Both the position numbers and the translations under genes were made by a program. A model generated the notes under the pieces. It saw only the letters and a program-made list of their open reading frames with translations. It searched no databases and was not told the DNA's origin. A DNA stretch of 63,653 bases, the filler included, from Reticulomyxa filosa (Eukaryota; Protista; Foraminifera), in NCBI GenBank assembly GCA_000512085.1. It is 14 parts of 14 records of this genome, joined end to end, with 100 filler letters (N's around TTAATTAATTAA, not from the genome) between each part and the next. Parts side by side here need not be neighbours in the genome. Positions count along the whole stretch, not along the records: positions 23,822 to 30,913 come from ASPP01019949.1; positions 31,014 to 41,249 come from ASPP01008580.1; 12 more parts are not named here. One strand, given 5' to 3'. Shown here one piece after another: positions 26,245-40,271 of the stretch (positions are counted from its first letter, which is position 1; each line of letters opens with the position of its first letter).

Positions 26245-29200
26245 AAAAAAGTGTAAAAAGTAATCATAAGAGGTAGAAAGAAAAAAAGGTAGTAATAAAA
26301 AAAAGAATAAAAAGTGATAGAAAAAAGAAAAAAAATGTAGAATGAAAAAGAAAAAAAGAATTGTTTGAAAAATAAGAAAGAAAATAAATAAAAAAGAAAA
26401 AAAAAAAGAATTAAAATAAAGAATAAAAATGGAAAAAAATTAATTGAATTGTAGTTTTTTAGTTTTTTTTTGATTAGAAAAAAATTATTGTTATCTGCTC
26501 GAAGATAACAACACCAGTTAAGTGTATATCCTTTTTGTCATTTGTATTTGTTAAACATAAACATACGTATAATATTATAGAAATTGAATCATACCATACG
26601 AACATCGCGACGACAATGACGACGATGATCGACAACATAAGGCAATGCCAATGACAAATGAAAACATCAACGAGAACTAAGAATCATCAATTTTGCAAAC
26701 AATGAAAACAAAGATTATTTGACTCGATAATACGCATAAGCAAGATGAAATGCAATTGGAAAATGGAAAACCTCAAATATGTGAAATCAGTACTTGTAGA
26801 AAGGCTCAGACGCAGTGGTATAATATTTCAATTTAGGATTCGTTTTTTATATTTAGTTCAAGGTAATGAAGATATCTAAGTGAATTGTTAGGAAGTGGCA
26901 ATGCACGAGATCCAATGATAACAATACAACTGACAATGCTACCGCTTTTATTATATGCGTTTAATTCAGTTGCTATTCCATTGTCTCCAACTTTTGTTCC
27001 AATATCGACATCTGTAGTATATCAATGTAAAGGGATAAACGTTAATTCATTGCTTGCATGTGCTACATTCAATTCAATGTGATATAATGTTAAAAGATTA
27101 ATAATACACTTCTAACAGACTTTTATTCCTGTATATTGAAATTTGAAACAAAGAATTTATTCGTTCAAAGCATAGTCGGGTATATAATACGCATTCGATT
27201 GCTGACAATATCTTGACTGAATCGGAAGCAGATGATACTGGTCATGATCTGTCTGAGCATCCGGTAATAGTGCTTCCTCTCCAAATCGTGCAGTCAATAT
27301 TGAATTTATTAACATGGCCTGCAGACAAATGAATCGGAACAAGTTTTAGCAATCTTGTGATCGGTTTCAATTGGAATTTGAGAAGCAATTTGCAATTGTA
27401 ATACCTGTCTTAAAATGTAACCTGTATTACACTAAGGTGACAAAGACAACATGCGCTATTTGAATGTGTATATTATTTGTATCGTATTTTTAGTTGTTGT
27501 TGTTGTCTTAATCAAAATAATGTAAACATACCTTTTCATTGTAGAATGATACTTTAGGTTTGGAGCGAAACAAGAAGATTAGATTAAGAGAAGGAAAAAA
27601 GAAAGAAGGGAAGCAAACACGTCGATCAATAGTACTAGTGACCCATGGGTGATATCAGAAAATGACAAGTAATAATGAGCCTTGCAAGGAGCATGAACTA
27701 ACGGAGAAAAAAGGAACAATGCGAATATGGTCAACATAATACATCAATAAAGGGTGTACGAATGGCTATTGTGCAATACTTTTACTCACTCAATCTAATT
27801 TATCAATGCGCCTAATTTGGTCAATCATCAGTCGCTGCTTTTTACATGAATTTGTAATTATGCATTATGTGACTTCAGATGTTGACACACCAAAGATCTA
27901 TGAAAAAGATTTCCAAGATACAATTGCTATGATTTTCGTGTTTGATTTGGTGGAGAATATTCTGCAATTGGGTTGATGACTGTACTGTTTTTTTTCATTG
28001 CAAAAAAATAGTTGTTATCATCATCATGTAAAATTGACAGGAAATAATTGGATTCATTGATTCGAATGTATTTGAAAGAAGATTGAAGTTAAAATGTATT
28101 GCCTATGTTTGCATTCCTTTTTAAACAATTTGAATTAATGTGTTGTTTTTGCAAGGATTAGAACATCAGATGAATCAATCAAAAATAACTTCTGCGAAAA
28201 CAAGCGCAATGAATTAGCAACTGAAAAGATTCGTCAAACCACTCGTTGGATATCAGAATACTTTGATTCTAAATATCTTTTGTGATTTTTTCTTATCTCG
28301 TGAAGTTCACCCATTAGCGATTCAATAATATCGTCCAATTATGTTAATTCAATTTCACTGATATCCTACACATCTTTATGTGGACAATTGTATTCAATAC
28401 TCTTGTATTTCACAAGAAATGATCATATGTTCCTATTTCAATCATTCACAAGCAACTTGTGACAAATGATCTATTTCCATTTCAAAAATAGTGAACATCA
28501 TTTCTTCATTTGGCATGTTTTCTATTCCATTCGACTTCATTTAATTCCATTTCATATACAATTTTACAAGTGTCATGTCATCACATTTACCAATATTCGA
28601 TGAAAATGATTTACCTTATCTTGCCACATAACAAAATAATCTCAAGTACAAAGATTTGTGACTCAATAATTTATTTTGCAATGTACCAACGCAATAGAAT
28701 CCAAATGACAACTTTCGCAAGTTCCTTTTATGAAGTACATATAATCACCACGAACCAGTATATACATATGAATTAAAATTAATCAAGAAAGAAATGACCA
28801 TTAAGGGCCCGAATTTGGATAAAACTGGAGGTATCATATTTTTATAAAAAATAAAAAAAGGTAGATACAAAATTGTGAATTAATGCCTTGCTACCACCCA
28901 CTCTTCTTTCAGATGGGTTTGAAAAAGAGCACGAAGACAGACTTGGGGAAGAGCACGAGTGCGATAAATGGAAAACAAAGCAACGTCGCAATTGGAAGAT
29001 AGTGAAAATGGCAATGATAACACGACGCCGATGGCGATGTTTACACACAATATCTCAAAAGATATCAATTCGCCGACAAAATTATTTAGAAATATCTAAA
29101 CGGATCTTTACAAGTTGACGTTATCAAAGCTATTGATTTGGATGCAAAGGATCGAAATGGTTAAACAAACAAATATATGCAATATAATATATACATAGTA

Positions 29201-31014
29201 TACATAATATGTGTAAATGATCGAATAGGTAAAAGTGATACTTATGTGAAACTGTCGCTGGGGAAAAGTAAAGGGAACACAAAAGTACAATCGAAAACTT
29301 TTTGAGGTGAGAAACAGATTGGTTATCAAGGTCCGTGACTAGATATGTGAACCAGAGACAACATCATTGGAAATTGTCTCCTTTTTGACCACTTTTTTCA
29401 TTGCTCGGGGTGGAAAGCTTGGCAACTGTCCTTGTTCGAAATCAAATTCGAAACTAAACCCAACTTCAAACTTTATATCAACTTATGGTAAGGAATTATG
29501 TGCGAAACCGAGATACCAAACAAAACAAAAAAATTGTTTTCAATTGTGAAAGTGTTTTCATTTGTTCTATACTTTTTTTTGTTTTCAATTGTAGAACTTA
29601 CTTGAAAATCTATTCCGGACTTCTTCAATATACAAAATTTTTTTTTGTTTAAAATCCTATTATCAAAAAGTTCTTGAACAGCTCAAATTAATGTCTCTTT
29701 CTGGTAAATTAACTTTACAATTTTTATTTCCCAAAATTACCAAATCTTTTATTTATTTTTTAAAATTTTTCGACTTCAAATATCACAACTTACGTTTCAC
29801 ACGTACCCACTTTTGTTGCTTTGACGAACTTTTTTCTCCCCCTTCATGCTTGTGCATGATAATCTTTTATCTTACATTAAAGAAGCTAAGAGATTTGTAC
29901 AACACACTAACGTTTTACTCAATTGCATGCTTACCCTGCTGTTTATTCCGCTAATGTGGCCTGACAGTACGTCAGTGCACTATCTCTCGTATGAGCACCC
30001 GTGATGCGCAATCCGGTGCGTTTCTAAAGACACCAACTTAATTTCATTGGGATTGCTGATATTCGTAATTTTTACCACGCAATGCCCAAATAATCCAATG
30101 TCATCCGGATAAGAAAATAAAGACACCTTTTTAATATTATCAGAACTCTCGCTTTCTAGTAACTTTTCTAGTCATTTGAGCATGCATTCCTCGAAAGTGT
30201 TTACTTTTGCTTTTTTTTTTTTTTTAAGAAAATAAACAAAATCCAAAAACAAAAGAGTAAAAGTTGACGAAAGGAGAGAGGAAGTTTTTTGGAAAAAGGA
30301 TTCGCCAGTTCAGGACGAACTTCTTTTTACACTTGACTATACCTTCGTACAAATGACCTTTTGAGTAAGTCTTAAAGCTGGTTTATCCACTTTGGCTTGA
30401 TTTTAATTATAAAATTAATAATAATTTGATTTTGTTTGTAAAGTTTGCATGTTTTATTTTTTTTTTACAACTTTTCAAAAATACTACAGCTGCTTGAGAG
30501 ATTACTCGTAACATTAAAAATAATTTTTATACCATTTTTAAAAAATGTGAAAATATCCTTTTGGGAAAAATATGGTCAAAAGTTTAACACCTTTTCGTTT
30601 ACGCACAATCTGTTTTTCAATCTAAAAAGGATTTTTGGACGCATCAATGAAAACAACTTCGGGGCTCAATTAACTTTTTTCCATTCTATTATATTATTTA
30701 AATATTTCTAAAATATTGACTTTTCATAAAAAAATTATTTCTAGGAGTTAATTAGTAAATTTTTTTTTGAATTTTTATTTTAAACTTAAAGCGAGACAAA
30801 TTAAACAAAATTGATTCAATATGCGAAATTGGGACAAATTGAAAAAGTATTAACTTTTTTTTTTCTCCGTCAGTCAATTGAAAATTTAACAATGGCGCAA
30901 AAGTGAAGAAAAANNNNNNNNNNNNNNNNNNNNNNNNNNNNNNNNNNNNNNNNNNNNTTAATTAATTAANNNNNNNNNNNNNNNNNNNNNNNNNNNNNNN
31001 NNNNNNNNNNNNNT

Positions 31015-31057
31015 ATAAGGTGGCATTTTAGGTATCAACTTTCTTTTTTATCCTACT
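31015..31057 (+). repeat. Dispersed repeat end, also present at 52157-52199
   Basis: ATAAGGTGGCATTTTAGGT(A/T)TCAACTTTCTTTTTTATC(C/T)TACT, 41/43 identical, at the start of two different contigs. Confidence 0.85.
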
Positions 31058-31614
31058 ACATGAATATAGTTGATTTTGTAATCTTTAACTTCCACATATA
31101 TTAACTATTTTTTGTCACCGCATATATGTTTGAATCTGCTTTTGTGTTATTTATTATTATGATAATAAATTGTTTCTGATCATCTTGCAGTTTCGGTATT
31201 CAATTTCCTTCAAATAAAACTTTTTTAACAAAATTTAATATAAAACTCATAACCCGATGAAAGTTCTACTATGTATATTATTCGAAAGTATTTTTAAAAA
31301 TATGATGTTTTATCAATAATATTTGGTTTGGGTGAAGACCAGGGACAAAAAAATGAGCCAGTGTTAAAAAAGCTCTTACAGAGAAAAAAGATTGAAGAAA
31401 CGCAAAGAACAAGGTGTCAAAAGAAAAGGGAAAAAAAAGGACTAACTAATTATTGTTAAAAAAAAAATTCACAAACAAGAAAAAAGGGCACACGCACACA
31501 ATTGAAAGTGACATTACATTTGATAAAATTAATGAATTTCCAAAAACATTATACCATCAAAACAAAGAATCGAGCAAAAAAAAAAAGGCAAAAAAAAAGT
31601 CATTTGTTGACGTT

Positions 31615-33171
31615 TCAATTAGGTTGCGTGGAATTAGCATTGTTATCGTTCGTTACAGTACTATAATTTGGGGTGTTCAATACACTCGCTCCTGGACTAA
31701 CATTTCCTGGCCACAGGGATGAGTACAAATTGGAAGGTAGCACACTAAATGTTGGTGGATAACTTGTTAGCAAATTAGGATCCAAAGTATTGCCTATTAT
31801 TCCCCCGTGGTCCAGATCTATTCTCATGACTTTATCTTTTGCACCAGCAGTACAATCACAAATAAAAGAGAGAGAAGACAAAACTGGTTATCGGTAAGCC
31901 CATCAGCGTTGAGTTGGGAAGAATAAACATAGAAGGGGGTGTTGATTGCAATGTTGGATTTGCTACCGGTTGTAGGTTTACGTTTCGTTGCTCAGTTTGC
32001 TGACTTGTCTCGGACTTTGTTTTAGTTGTTGTTTTGTGTCGTTTTCAAACAAGCAACAAAAGGAGAAAAAAAAAAAGCGTAACTTGTTTTGATTTCAAAA
32101 GTTGAACAAGCGTTTCACATTGTTGATCCAATTCGTCGGAATTGGAAAGTAGATTTTTAATGTGGCTTTCGTCTCCCTCGCTCATTGTCAGAATCATTCC
32201 TGTCAATTTAGCAACGTACTGAGGATATTTCCTTTTGATGCGCTGATATAATTGATCTCCAAGTTTCTGTTGGAGATAAAATCAAAGGAAATAAAAGAGA
32301 TAACTCAAAAAAACCGAAACAAAAAGAGTACTTGTTGTTCCAGAGTGTAGACGCGCTTTGGAAATGGATTCACTTGGGATTTGGACTTTGTTGTGACAAC
32401 CGGCTGTTGATTTACTGTGGTTGGTATCGCTGTCGTCGCCATCGCCGGGTTTTGTAAGTTGGTCGTTAATTTGGGGACAGTTGTAATCGTGTTGGGACTG
32501 GAATTCGTATTGGTGTTGACAAATTGCATGGGGACCGAAGTGTTCTGCAGTAGGAAGAGGGAAGTTCAATCATCCATGTATATGTGAATATATACATGAA
32601 TACACAAATTTATACAGATAAATAAGTCTGTGTGTGTATGTGTATTTAAACCAGAGGAACGCCGAGTGTATTCCACATGGGAGTTGGATATGTCCATTCG
32701 AACGTAGTCGGGTTGGTGGGATTGAACAAAGGGGGTGTTCCAGACATTGTTGGTAATGGATTGGCAGAAGGACTTCCACTCAAAACAAATGGATTGGAAA
32801 AGGCAGTTGGAGAGTAATTGACGGGGATATTTTTGCTAAAGTACGTGTTTTGAGGAACGATGACAGGAGTTGGATTGGTTGAATTCATGGCACTGGCAGT
32901 GGACGAACTGCTCATCACTGTCGATAGTGTAGTCCCACTTTCACCTTCAGTATCGGCCCTGGTCTCTTCACTCGAATAGTGTTGATTTTGTGTTTGATTC
33001 GTGTTGTGATTATGATTGTGATTGTGGTTATGGTTGTGATTATGATTGTGACTATGATTGTGATTGTGATTGTTGTGAGTATGATTATTACTTGGACTTT
33101 GGTTATGGTTTTGATATCTTCCACTCTGATGGGTCAAAGTTCACACGAAACAATACTGATATGACAATATA

Positions 33172-33207
<36 letters not shown>

Positions 33208-35182
33208 TAAAACATTGACAAATAATGTATTCAAGTGTGTTAACTGGATTCATTGAAACTCTGTGTCGTCCTCTGCTGCTGTTTTGTCTGTAAGTAAGCG
33301 CGTTGCTATCGCTGAAGAAAGGACAAAAAAAGAACACAATACAAAACTTGGAAAGTGTATGTACACATATTCGACAAAAAAAAAAAAAAAGAAAAGAAAA
33401 GCGAAACTAAAAAATGACTTTGGCGGATAAGGAGGTCGCAGACCCGTCAATAAATAGTCCGTGGATTTGTTTTGCAGCTTCTTCCGCGTCATCTGCATTT
33501 ACATATCTTGCAAACGCTTCGCCTGTTTCTTCGTTTATTTTCACGGCCGTTGGTTTGCCATACTTGGATACCAGTTTCTCGACGTCTCTTGCCATCATTT
33601 TTCCGGGTAAGTTTGTTATATGCACACAAAGACGATTTCTAGGATCGCCAATATCACTTTTTTTGTTATGTGTCACAATGTGTATGTATTGTATGTATGT
33701 TTCATTCACAAGTTTTTTTTTTAAGGATGAAAAACAAACTAATAAGCGAGCTTGACAACCAATGGCTCACTGTCATGAACACTTCGATTATGCAATCCCT
33801 CAATCGCCTTTTGTGCATCTTCTGAGCTTACATATCTGTGCAAAGTTGTTTGTATTCCACGCATACGCGCACATACGTACATACACAAACACGCGACATG
33901 GTTTGCAATGCAAAGCACGTGGAGAAAACAGAGGAGGAGGAGGAGGAGGAGAGGAGGAACAAAAGGGGATAACCTGACAAAAGCAATTCCGGAATCACCG
34001 AGTTTGGCACAAGAGATCTTCCCAAATTGGCCAAAGAGTTCTTCTAAATCGTGTTGACTCAATCCACGTGGTAAAAAGCGGACATACAAATTATTTTTAT
34101 TTTCTTTGTGAAAGGTCTGTCCCACACATTTTTTTTTTTGCAAATAAAAAAGATAATGTTTGAGATTTACTTGGATGGAACAAGGACTTATCGTAAAAAG
34201 AAAGAGAGTTGAACACCTGTCCCGTTTTGTAATGGTCAGCAGCAATCCTTCGAGTGGCAAACTTGACTTCCAATTGACATCCGTCAATTGTCTTTCCATT
34301 TAAGCTATCAATGGCCTAATAATAATTAATAATTAATAATTAATAATTGTGAATCATTTATGAAAAGTTAAACAACAATAAAAATAACTTTGGTAGCTTG
34401 AAAGTGATTGTCCAATCGAACAAAGGCAATTCCATCATTGGTAATACGACATTGCAAGATGGTACCAAACTCTTGAAACAGCTGACGCAATGTCTCTTCG
34501 TCCCAATGTTTGGGTATGTTGCGAACGTACAAATTGGTAGGCTCTTCGCTCAGCGACGAAGTGCGTCTTTCTTGTATCCACACTTTCAGTTTCCATTCAC
34601 TGTTCAGTTCGTAGTCTTTGTACTTCTCCAATGCCCGCTCGCAGTCTTCTGTCCTATCAAACTGGATCACCCCATAGCGGTCACGAGGGGTCGATCCCTT
34701 CACTAGTCGCAATCGCATAATCTTTCCAAACGGAGAAAACATCTCTTTCAGCTTTTCTTCTGTCATTTCTCTTCACAATCACACCCCAACCATCACATAT
34801 ATTTCACACCCCTTTTTATTTTTACATATATGCAACATTTTTGATTTTTCCTTGCTTACGGAGGGAAGTTCGAAATATGCAGTTCTGCTCCTGGATTAAA
34901 ATCGGTCCCCATTTTTTTTACTCGTCTTTGGTGATACTCTGATCCCATTGGAGCGGGTGACGTACTTGTGCTTATGTTTATACTTGTACTATGGTTTGCA
35001 CTCGGGCTAGTGCCTGTCAAATTGTCCAATGTTCTGTACACAGAGCTTTCCATCACCACTCTCTTTTGGTCTCCGTTCCCTGCTCTGCTTGTTTTTTTGT
35101 CTTCTTTATTGCCTGACACGTCTTCTATTGGAGTCACCACGTCTGCTTTGTCTTTTTTTTCATCTTTTTTTATTCCTTCCAT
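31615..35182 (-). CDS. Divergent polyadenylate-binding-protein-like gene (4 RRMs, low-complexity linker, PABC/MLLE-like domain); multi-exon
   Basis: RRM starts ELHISNFP, NLYVRNIP, NLYVRFLP and VHITNLP. Exon at about 32090-32268 reads KLGDQLYQRIKRKYPQYVAKLTGMILT (PABC consensus LGERLFPLI...AGKITGMLLE). The 3' end is less certain. Confidence 0.8.
33001..33090 (-). repeat. Coding hexamer repeat giving (His-Asn)n
   Basis: TGATTG/TGATTA/TGGTTA units translate to NHNHNHSHNHNHNHNH. Confidence 0.85.
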
Positions 35183-35619
35183 TTTGTTATTTGATTGCTT
35201 TTTTTTTTTTTTTTATTGTTGCCAAGCCGAAAACTCTGAGTTATTTGCTTTTAGTTTTTTTTTTTCCTAAATACCCTTTAGTAGCTCGTTCACTCTGTTG
35301 TCTTCAAGGCAAACGCCTTTGTTTTGTCAATTTAAAGGCTTCTCACTTTCCCATTTGATTCTTCGCAAATATTTCAAACTTTTTCCACTTTTCTTAGTAA
35401 ACTGGGCCCATTTTTGGAAAGAATGGATTTTTTTGCTTTAAATGATTAACGTTCGAAAGGTTACAAATTGTGTACAAGTAATTTCTCAAATTCTCAACAA
35501 AAAACGAGCCAAAAGGAGAACGAGAGGAAAAAGTCAGAGTGACCAGCAAAGCGGAAAAATCAAAAAACCTAAAACTATTCTCTATTCCTTGGCAACACAT
35601 TTGGAAAGATTTGCACAAC

Positions 35620-36851
35620 ATGTCCAATCCTAATAATGATGGCCTTATAACGACAACTGGAAATGAAGCGAAACCTACGTTGACTTCGGAAGTAGTGAAT
35701 AGCAACGGTAATGAACCATTCATGACAACATCAGATGCTAATGAAAAAAAGAAGGAAAAACGAGAAGCAAATGGAGTTGAAACATCGATCCATATAATAG
35801 ACATTCAACAAAACGATATTAAAAAAGTAGTATTAACGGAAATGGACGAATACAAAAGTGAAGATGAGCAGCGAGTATTCGATTATGGTTTATTTTTGGA
35901 CGAGTACAAGCGATTGAAAGAAGAGCACTATGAGACATGCGAAAAGTTATGTTTGAAAGCAATCAATATGACCCAATCGAACAAAGCGCTCCGCTCAAAA
36001 GTGTATAATTGTTTGGGGTATTTATATGAGAATGGAACGAAAGAAATGTCGTTCGATGACATCTTCGAGCGATATGTCTTGGCATTGCAACTAGACGAAT
36101 GTAATGCTGATGCCCATTTCAATGTCGCCAATTTTTTGATCGAGCAGGGAACACGACATTTGACACGCGGGATGGAATTGTTTCCGACACATGACAAATC
36201 GAAAATAAGATCTGTTGGACAAGTTCGACATACTTTCTTATTACAAACAAGATTTGTTTTTAAATTTTTGATTGGGTGAAAAAAATATTGTTTCTTTTTT
36301 AACGAATTACAAAATTCGATTTTCAGTTAAATATTGGAGACAAGATTTGGATGAATTCAAAAGAGTATCAAGTGGTGGACATCTCCAATGGTATATTTCG
36401 CTGTGAACTTGTAAATGAGACGCCAATGAGAAACGATAGTCAAGAGACGTGGCCAACGAACGATCTTGCAACGAAGGATCTTGCAACGAAGGACAAGAGG
36501 AATATAACGATAATTAACTGCAATGACAACAATGATATTCAAGTCTTACAAAAAATAGGTACAGAGACGGGTAATCACCAACTCAAACTATCTGGCGATA
36601 TCGGCAATCCCATTCCACAGACATTGCAAACACGTAACGAACGCACAGCCAATCCAAAGTATTCGACGGAGATTTGCGACAAACGACATCAAAGTACATC
36701 TATAAAATACGCATACTGCATTTACTTATGGCCATTGGCACTATTATTGACAACTGTACTTGCTATCGTTGGGATTGGAACGTTTGCTGGTACGACACAA
36801 CTAGAGCAAAATCAAATTTTATTTAAAAGCATCTGTACGTCTTTTTTTTGA
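35620..36851 (+). CDS. Hypothetical membrane protein with a TPR-like motif; multi-exon, probably continuing to about 37200
   Basis: SKVYNCLGYLYENG...ALQLDECNADAHFNVANFL is TPR-like. Hydrophobic segment IYLWPLALLLTTVLAIVGIG. In-frame 15-bp duplication (DLATK x2) at about 36454-36493. Confidence 0.55.
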
Positions 36852-39800
36852 GCATATAAAAAAAAAGACACAAATAAATAATGATAGAAGAGTACTTCAA
36901 TCAAGCAAAAGGGAAGTGCGTGAACGAAAGATATGTACTTGGGTTGGGCTCGGTTTTGCCACTCTCAATTTTAACTTTGAGTTGGGTCATTCGTACGTTT
37001 ATTCAAATCTTTTTTTGACTGCATATTGCTGATATTATCCCTTTTGTATGTACCACATGTCTCTTCGGCATACGTGCACATGTTCTTTTTTATTAAACAC
37101 AAATACCAAAAATTGAGTGTTCGATTTTTTATAATATTGGCACGTTCGAACTATCGCTGCGATAAACAAATACAACTGTATAGGATTGATTAGTCGTCTT
37201 ACAGATCGCAAAGTTAATTTGTGTAGCACTTTTTTTAAATTAATAAATCAAAAGTGAGACTGAAAAGGACATTGCGGACCAAAAGATAAAAAAAAATAGA
37301 GGGCATGAACTCTTTCTCTTCTATTCTTATTTTGGATCTCTGTGCGTGTATCCTCCATGCGTGATTATGTACATAATGGAGAGATTTTGTGCGTGTAAAC
37401 GCGCAGAGTTGTACAAATTGTGTTTTTTTTCCCACTTAGTTACATTTGAAAATACTTTTTCATTTTTTTTTCTTTAGCGTTTGATTTGCTTTGTCTGATT
37501 ATGGTAGAGATATTTTCCAGAAGAAAATAACCATTTTGGATTAGAATTTTGTTTTCTTTGTTGCCCTTTGAGCTTGTCACGGATAGAATTATGTATATAC
37601 GTTGATATTGCTTGCTTCGTGGAAGTGAAGAGGGACGAATGGGGGGGGAGAAAAGGACAATACCCTGCTGTTTTTTAGTGTGCCGTGTGTTCTTTTCAAA
37701 GTGGGTCTTGGGTTTTTAACAGCGCAAAATTTAATTTTGATGCATTAATTGTGTTTTTCTATGTGTTTTTCTCTGTTTTTTTCTCATAACTTTTGGGTAT
37801 TAAATTTTTTAATGAATACATATAATCTGTTTAATGATATCAGTAGGCACACCGTTCAAATGAACAAAAACAACATTGAAAAATTTTATAATTGATAATA
37901 TCCAATAAAATAAGTAATAACTAGTCCTTTTAAAGTTGCTCTGCTGGACAATCCAGTTATAACCTATTGATTGCAAAAAATCTGCTTGCATATCTTTTTT
38001 CATTCATAGCTTTTAAGGTATGACGATAGAAAATCAATATGGTCACGTTGCTGAAGCAGTGCAATATAAATAAAAGAACAAAAAAAACTGACAGTTTCAC
38101 ACTATGAATGCAACTTTACATTAAACAATTTCTTGAAAAACAGAGTTAATTATCATTAAGACCTTCTCAAAAGGAAAGAAAAATAGAATAATTACGAAAT
38201 TATTACCCATACTTCGCTCTTTTAACTTAAATTTGTATCTATGTGGTTCAGTTTTAATGAGCAACTTATTATCCATACTGGTAGATATATCTTGTAAAGT
38301 CTTTCTTAATTTAAACGAAGAAAAGTGTAGTTTAAATATGAAATGTTTTATAATAGCTTTCTTTTAGGAAAAAACACCAATCGCACAAAGATAAACTTGG
38401 TCTTATTCATTTTTAGGGTCACATGAATGTCAAATATCTATGTTTTTTTGATTGTTCCCAGTAAACATAATTGATTTGTTGTTTGTGTGTCAATTACTAG
38501 TCAATACTAAATACTTGACAAGTTCTGGTTCTTGAATTGGGGCATTATTCAAATGCAGATCCATCTTGAGTATTTTTTGTTCTTCATTTTAAATGACTTT
38601 CAATACAAGAAGATATGCAATTGCAGGATGCAATTGAACTTTAAAGAGATATGATTGATATTTGCGACTAAGATCATATGTCCAATTTATCATTAATTAT
38701 ATCCTCTTTTTAATTTGTTTGACGCATTTGGTTGTCCATTAGTTTTCTTTTGTCATTATAGAAAATAAATGAAGTTTTATAGCTTGCAGAACAGGGTAAA
38801 TAAAAAAAGTCGTAGAAAAGGTGATAATAATAAATGAACTAAAAGCGATGTGGATACATGGAAAGATAAAACAAGTATGGAAAGAATGGTGTTGGCAATA
38901 AGACAACACTGTTAAAAAAGACGTCTTTTCTACTTTCAAAAAAGCGTCGATCGTATAATAGTATTATATTGTGAAATATTGGAAACATATATTAGATTTT
39001 ACGAAACGACGGAAAAAAATAATATTACACTAATATCGAAAATAACTTAATGTACAATATAATGAAGATGAAGCTAATAAAAAAAATCAATATACAAGAA
39101 TTTTTTTTTAAGCTTTTGCAAAGTGAGATAATAAAGATATCAAACTAATACTTGCTTCTTCATTCATTTATCAATGCTATTCACACTTAATACTATAAAC
39201 TGAAAGTGCAAACTAAAGCAAGTTTAAGGTATATTGACCACGATGATTGTCACTACAATTAAGTCCAAAGAAATCAAATAAGCAATATAATTGATTAAGT
39301 TCATTAGATTTAGAAACAATAATGCGTTGATAATAAAAGTATTAGCGCATATATTTTCTGGAAATTTCAGTATATTATTTGAAATTGATATTAATTAGAA
39401 GAAGCTAATTCAACTATATCAAAACTTAAATGATACCAAGAATGGAAAATTTGAACAAAAAGAAAATCAAGATGACAAGCAAAGAATTTTAAGATAGCCA
39501 AGATTTGACATTTATTGAAAGACATTCGCTGCTGAACAAAAGAAAAAGCGGAAGAAGAATTGACTAATTATGAATTGAATATATATGTCATGTCTCGGTG
39601 AGTGTCACTAGCGAAAGCGATGATGAAATCAAGTAGACATTGTAAAATTGTAGATATCAAATACAAGAAGTTAAACGATTCCACAAGATAACAATTGTTA
39701 AAGAAAATAATATTTAGGATGTCGCTTTTAGCTAGCCAATGATGAAGAAGTGTGATATTTTTTTTTAGCAAATGTCTTAAGATAAATGCCACGTCCGAAA

Positions 39801-40196
39801 ATTTCCAGAAAATGTATGAACTAATACTTTTCTGGACAACGCATTATTGTTTCTTAATCACCGATGTTGCTGATTTAAGTTCTTTGGACTTGGTTGAAGT
39901 ACGACGGTCGTTGGCAAGAATTGTCAAAAAAAAAAAAAACAAACCAAAGCTCACTATACCATAATCAAAGACCAATTCAAATAAGTGGTCAAGTGAGATT
40001 TGAGAAAAAGGGGGAGATAAAGCACCAAGCAACCTCCATGGACATGCTGGTCATGTCGCTAATCTCGACATGGAGGATAAGATTAGGGCCAAAGAAGCGC
40101 AGTCCAGTGAAATCGGACAAAAAGAAACCCATAGTGGTCGCTGAACCCGAAGGGTTCGGCGTCGGGACCCCTGAGGGCGAGAAACATCTTTCAACT

Positions 40197-40271
40197 GCCC
40201 GAAGCAACGACAATGCCCTGAAAGGCCCGGAAGCAACGACAATCCCCTGAAAGGCCCGGAAGCAACGACAA
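40197..40271. repeat. About 2.5 tandem copies of a 29-bp GC-rich unit inside a structured island
   Basis: GAAGCAACGACAAT(G/C)CCCTGAAAGGCCCG at 40201 and 40230, with a partial copy at 40259. Confidence 0.9.

Noticed and set aside
29950-30025. Small GC-richer patch with a GCACC...GGTGC stem as a tRNA or ncRNA
   Set aside because: No cloverleaf or A/B boxes; the stem is too short to be significant.
23822-30913. Short ORFs (Cys-rich at 24064-25310, others at 26885-29550) as genes
   Set aside because: They are fragmented by stops and frameshifts with no family I can identify; probably decayed genes.
34317-34349. (AATAATT)n tandem repeat
   Set aside because: Simple AT-rich intronic slippage repeat.
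40169-40262. Hammerhead ribozyme suggested by CTGA...GAA motifs
   Set aside because: The full CUGANGA...GAAA core with stems I-III cannot be built.
40197-40271. CRISPR array
   Set aside because: The repeats are contiguous with no unique spacers, there are no cas genes, and the context is eukaryotic.
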